Source: Phoronis australis (Eukaryota > Animalia > Phoronida). From it: DNA of 64,000 nt. A model generated the notes under the pieces. That model was not told the origin of the DNA. It did not search any database and saw nothing but the letters and a program-made list of their open reading frames with translations. Numbering within the stretch: the stretch's first letter is position 1; the number at the start of each line of letters is the position of its first letter. Location: contig NMRA01000127.1 of the NCBI GenBank assembly GCA_002633005.1, positions 380,438 through 444,437 of the forward strand, given 5' to 3'. A program made the translations under genes and the position numbers. Positions 62,698-64,000 of this stretch are shown here, in pieces.

Positions 62698-64000
62698 TAT
62701 GACCGTGAAAGTTGAAAAGTATACGGATGGGCTTAAGATTTGAGCACAGTAGTCAAATGTTATAGGTCCCTACTGATATATTTAGTGTGCAATGTTTCAG
62801 ACTTTGATCATGAATATGCTAAAAGTCAGTGCTGCATCTAGGATGTTGTAAGGAGAAAACTTTAAATTTTCAGAGGAAAATGTCTGTGTTAGCCCTAAAA
62901 TCAGCATGCCGATGATTGTGTACCCTTGCCCCGATGGAAGGGCCTATAGAAACTGGTGAGAACATAGGGCTTCAATCTAACGCCAAAGTTTTAGCCGTTC
63001 ATAACGACGGACAGTCATCAAAACATCGACATGTCAAGGTTGGAGTGACAGTCCCTTGAAGAGTCATTTCTCAGAGATATGATAAGACTCTCTGACAGGG
63101 AATTAGTTATGTGCGTAGTGCTTTTACTATCAGACCAGTAACGACCTTGTATTGAGAATTTTAGCAATTTAAGATTTGATTTCATTTAAATATCAAACCG
63201 TTAAGTACGTTTATACTAGCCTTAACTATATGTCTGATACAGTGCATCCATTATAGGTGAAAAGTTAAAGGTTTTGTTCTAGCCTTGAGTCTCCCGCCCA
63301 TTAATTTGATCGTCTTAATGTCCGTGGGCTGTTTCGACACCGATTACTATTTGAATTTACCATTTACGTGAGCTTAATTCCTTTAAACCTTTTTTTGACT
63401 AAACCTAACCTCTTGCTTTTCTTCCTATACTAATGCATGGCATGTAAAAAACATTTGTAGCTGGATCACCCTTTGTTTAAGACAAACAGCACATACAATT
63501 AATTTATGTCTTGAATATGTGACAACAATTACACCTTGTGACTGATGTTATTATATTACCATCTGTTCGGCCATGCAATGAAGCCACACAAAGAACTTGG
63601 CAAGATCTTTGCTGCGCCTAATGATAATGTCTTTCCTTAAACACGGGAAGGACTACAACCCTAAGATTCCTTCCTCACAGGTCGGCTCTATTGACGGGAA
63701 CTCGCGCCTAGTTCTGGTAATTTATTGATTCGGATTTAAAATTCTGGGAAATCCCACTGATGACAGATGTTATCGGAATATCAATATGAACAAACCTGAT
63801 TGTTCAACAACAAATACTACTCTCTTGAGTGTCATGAAGCTAAATGCACAATACCACATGTTTGGGTCTGTAACCTAGTTACAGTTTGTTACAAACATCT
63901 TTTACACCTTTACACCTTACTGTGATACCCTATTCCTTCTAATTAGCACCCAGAATGATTAAGAAAGTCGTAAAAAGGGGAAGTGATTAATTCCGTGAAA

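Overview
AT-rich eukaryotic (animal-like) genomic DNA with one assembly gap. The repeat types suggest a marine invertebrate, but this is inference. There is no intact protein-coding gene, rRNA, tRNA, CRISPR array or prokaryotic operon, and almost all ORFs in the six-frame track are chance ORFs. The window reads as intronic or intergenic sequence full of DNA-transposon relics, with a few short + strand exon-like segments (31800-31873, 38885-38958) suggesting 5'UTR or lncRNA exons separated by long introns. The best-resolved structure is a TTAA-flanked Kolobok-type element (5995-8325, perfect 17-bp TIRs). It carries a decayed P2X7-ballast-like Cys-rich gene (+) convergent with a decayed THAP domain (-), and is interrupted by a 321-bp foldback MITE with CAC...GTG ends and a 5-bp TSD (Transib/RAG-like signature). 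Also present: a second THAP remnant, a probable Harbinger transposase remnant, a Tc1/pogo-type element with a nested hAT MITE, Harbinger-type MITEs (one with a matching empty site in this window), about six copies of a TTAA-MITE family, a ~140-bp repeat carrying CTCF-like motifs, and several minisatellites. All homology calls are by-eye motif recognition, not database searches.
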